The notes beneath the pieces were generated by a model. That model was not told the DNA's origin. It saw only the letters and a list, made by a program, of their open reading frames with translations, and did not search any database. From NCBI GenBank assembly GCA_043228905.1, contig JBHGNT010001262.1:1-10563 (forward strand): a DNA stretch of 10,563 nucleotides, read 5' to 3'. Shown piece after piece: positions 8,770 to 10,563 of the stretch (positions are counted from its first letter, which is position 1; each line of letters opens with the position of its first letter). The position numbers were made by a program, and so were the translations under genes. This DNA comes from Azolla caroliniana (Eukaryota; Plantae; Polypodiophyta).

Positions 8770-10563
8770 ATGGTCTCTTTCATTTCTGCACAATGCTGCC
8801 ACTCAAACAGACGACTCTACTTCTGCTTCTTCATGGTTTTTCTCCTTGGCATACTTGTGTCGAAAGGTAATTATGAAATGTAGGTTAAAATGTATGAAAA
8901 CTTCTGATTCGGAATGAATATCTGATCTTCGCAGGAATATCTGGATGTTGTAAACTTTTTTGTCTTTTTCACAAGACTTATCTTTGTATTGTCAAGCTTT
9001 GTCTATGGTGTCAACCTACTTTGTCTGTGTGATCAATAACGTCTTCGTGAACTCTAATGTACAAGCTCTTTTCTATCTCGTTATGACGAATCAGTCTGAG
9101 CACTGATATCAAGGTTTAGCTATGGTGCTGAATACTGATATATTATATAGATCCCTATCTTTTTTATGTGTCTGTCTGTGTAATTTCAATGTTTGTGTGC
9201 GGGCGTTTAACGCTATGTATTAAGATTCGTTTGTCTCTGTGTTACGAGTCTGTTCGACGTGCATTGTGAAGGTTAGGATCCTTTTCTGTCTCTGTGATAT
9301 GAGTTTTTTTTGACTTGCGTGTATAATGATGAAGTCCTGGCTATGGCTATCGTAGTAAAACAAACTGCACATTTTTCTCTCCCTATTATGATCAATGAAT
9401 GAATTAACTAATGAACAGTTAAAGGAGAATGCCCTTACGACTTCTCTGCGCTTCAGAACTTCACAAGTCTCTGCAACAGCAACACTGGTAGTAATAGCAC
9501 GAGCAATGGTAGTAACTCGGAAGGAGAAGACAAATACATTTCATCTGCGCAGATCTTGATATGCTGTGAAGACGTCTATGGTGCAGCCGTTTTTGCATTA
9601 TCTGTCCACGCAAACATCACAGGTCGAATGTTCCCATCGGAGGATGAGGCTATGGAATGTATACAAGCATACGAGGAAGCTCTAAATTCACCCTCAGAAC
9701 TCCATCTCTTTCAGAGATACTGCCCTCTCTCTCCAAAGAGGATCACAGCGGGAACTTCTGCATGTAATTTTGCGACCACGAGCGATTTAGATCGTCTTCT
9801 CATTTCTGAAATTGGTCCTGGGACGGAGCTTCTATCCAATCTTTCAAGGTCTTGTAATGATCTTGCTCGGATCGGTCAGAAAGGATGTCAGGGTTGTCAG
9901 ACACAGCTTCTTTCTGCCATAGATCGCCTTGTTGAGGTTACTCATGATAAACCTGCTGCGTGTGCCAGTGCCCTTGCCGTCGCTATGCTTAGCCTTAACC
10001 CCAACGTTGCTTCTTTTCAGAACTTCTATCAGTGTGTCCTCGAAATCCTGAATGGTGTTCCTATTACAGGTAATGGAAACTTCCTGTACTTTTTATGTGG
10101 TTTTCTTCTTTACTATCATCATCAGCGGAGTCTTCTTCTTTGGCGTCGTTCATCATCTTCTTCTTCTGGAGATACCTAAAGGCTTCCTTATTTTCACATG
10201 AAGCAAATAGTACAGTATAATTACACTTTCTGCACCGTCAATGTCAGGGTTCCACAATAAATAGGTGCAGATTTATCAACATTTTGCACATAAACCAGGT
10301 TAACCATGATGTTTTGGTATCTTGACCAATAGTTTGAGTTTGCATGACTTAACAATCTGCAGTATAACATGCTGCTAAAGGAAATTGTTTAGTCGCATAT
10401 GTAAAATGCTATTCCGTTTAGTATATTTTAGAGTTCTATTCAAATATGATATGTATGTCAATGAGAAATTAGATCAAATTGCTTTGTTCCTGTACTCATT
10501 TCTTGTGTGTTCTTAGCATCTGCCATGCAGATTTCCTGAACAAATCGTCTTCTAGTGCAAGAT
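8770..10563 (+). CDS. SPARK-domain (cysteine-rich ectodomain) receptor-like kinase/receptor-like protein, 5' part; exons 8770-8866, 9419-10069, 10531->10563
   Basis: ATG in ggccATGG context with an in-frame stop upstream (TAA 8740-8742). Exon 1 MVSFISAQCCHSNRRLYFCFFMVFLLGILVSK is signal-peptide-like. Donor AAG|GTAATT at 8867, acceptor ctaatgaacag at 9418. Exon 2 reads VKGECPYDFSALQNFTSLC...ICCEDVYGAAVFALSVHANITGRMFPSEDEAMEC...RYC...SAC...RSC...GCQGC...AAC...YQCVLEIL, with 12 Cys spaced like the SPARK domain (CP.DF...CC...CxxC). Donor CAG|GTAAT at 10070; acceptor tgcag at 10530 gives the open frame DFLNKSSSSAR. Exon 3 is less certain, and no TM or kinase domain lies in the window. Confidence 0.82.

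Noticed and set aside
9556-10179. 207-aa ORF as a complete single-exon protein
   Set aside because: The TTG start is internal, the frame is open back to the acceptor at 9418, and a good donor lies at 10070.
1-10563. Prokaryotic-type systems (CRISPR array, operon, retron) and tRNA/rRNA genes
   Set aside because: Spliceosomal introns and microsatellites indicate plant nuclear DNA. The duplications have only two units without repeat-spacer structure, and I recognised no structural RNA gene.

Overview
AT-rich eukaryotic (land-plant) genomic window; a non-seed plant is my guess from the retroelement types, but this is not established. 1-461 (+): last four coding exons of an aminoalcoholphosphotransferase (AAPT, choline/ethanolamine-phosphotransferase) gene ending ...ITNALGIHCFKIGRKEA*, invisible in the ORF track because it is spliced. 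About 1.3-7.7 kb: transposon-derived intergenic DNA. It holds a 5'-truncated RTE/RTEX-like non-LTR retrotransposon inside a (CT)n microsatellite, a decayed Ty1/copia RNase H + PPT + 3' LTR, a second non-LTR-like 3' end sharing a stem-loop with the first, a decayed minus-strand ORF resembling retrotransposon accessory proteins, and two local tandem duplications. 8770 to the window end (+): 5' part of a gene with a signal-peptide exon and a 12-cysteine SPARK-like ectodomain exon (receptor-like kinase or receptor-like protein), preceded by a CT/GA-rich leader with four short upstream ORFs. I see no evidence for a wholly new biological system. The best leads are the shared retroposon 3' stem-loop, the apparent microsatellite targeting, and the SPARK gene. 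All homology calls come from recalled motifs, not database searches.
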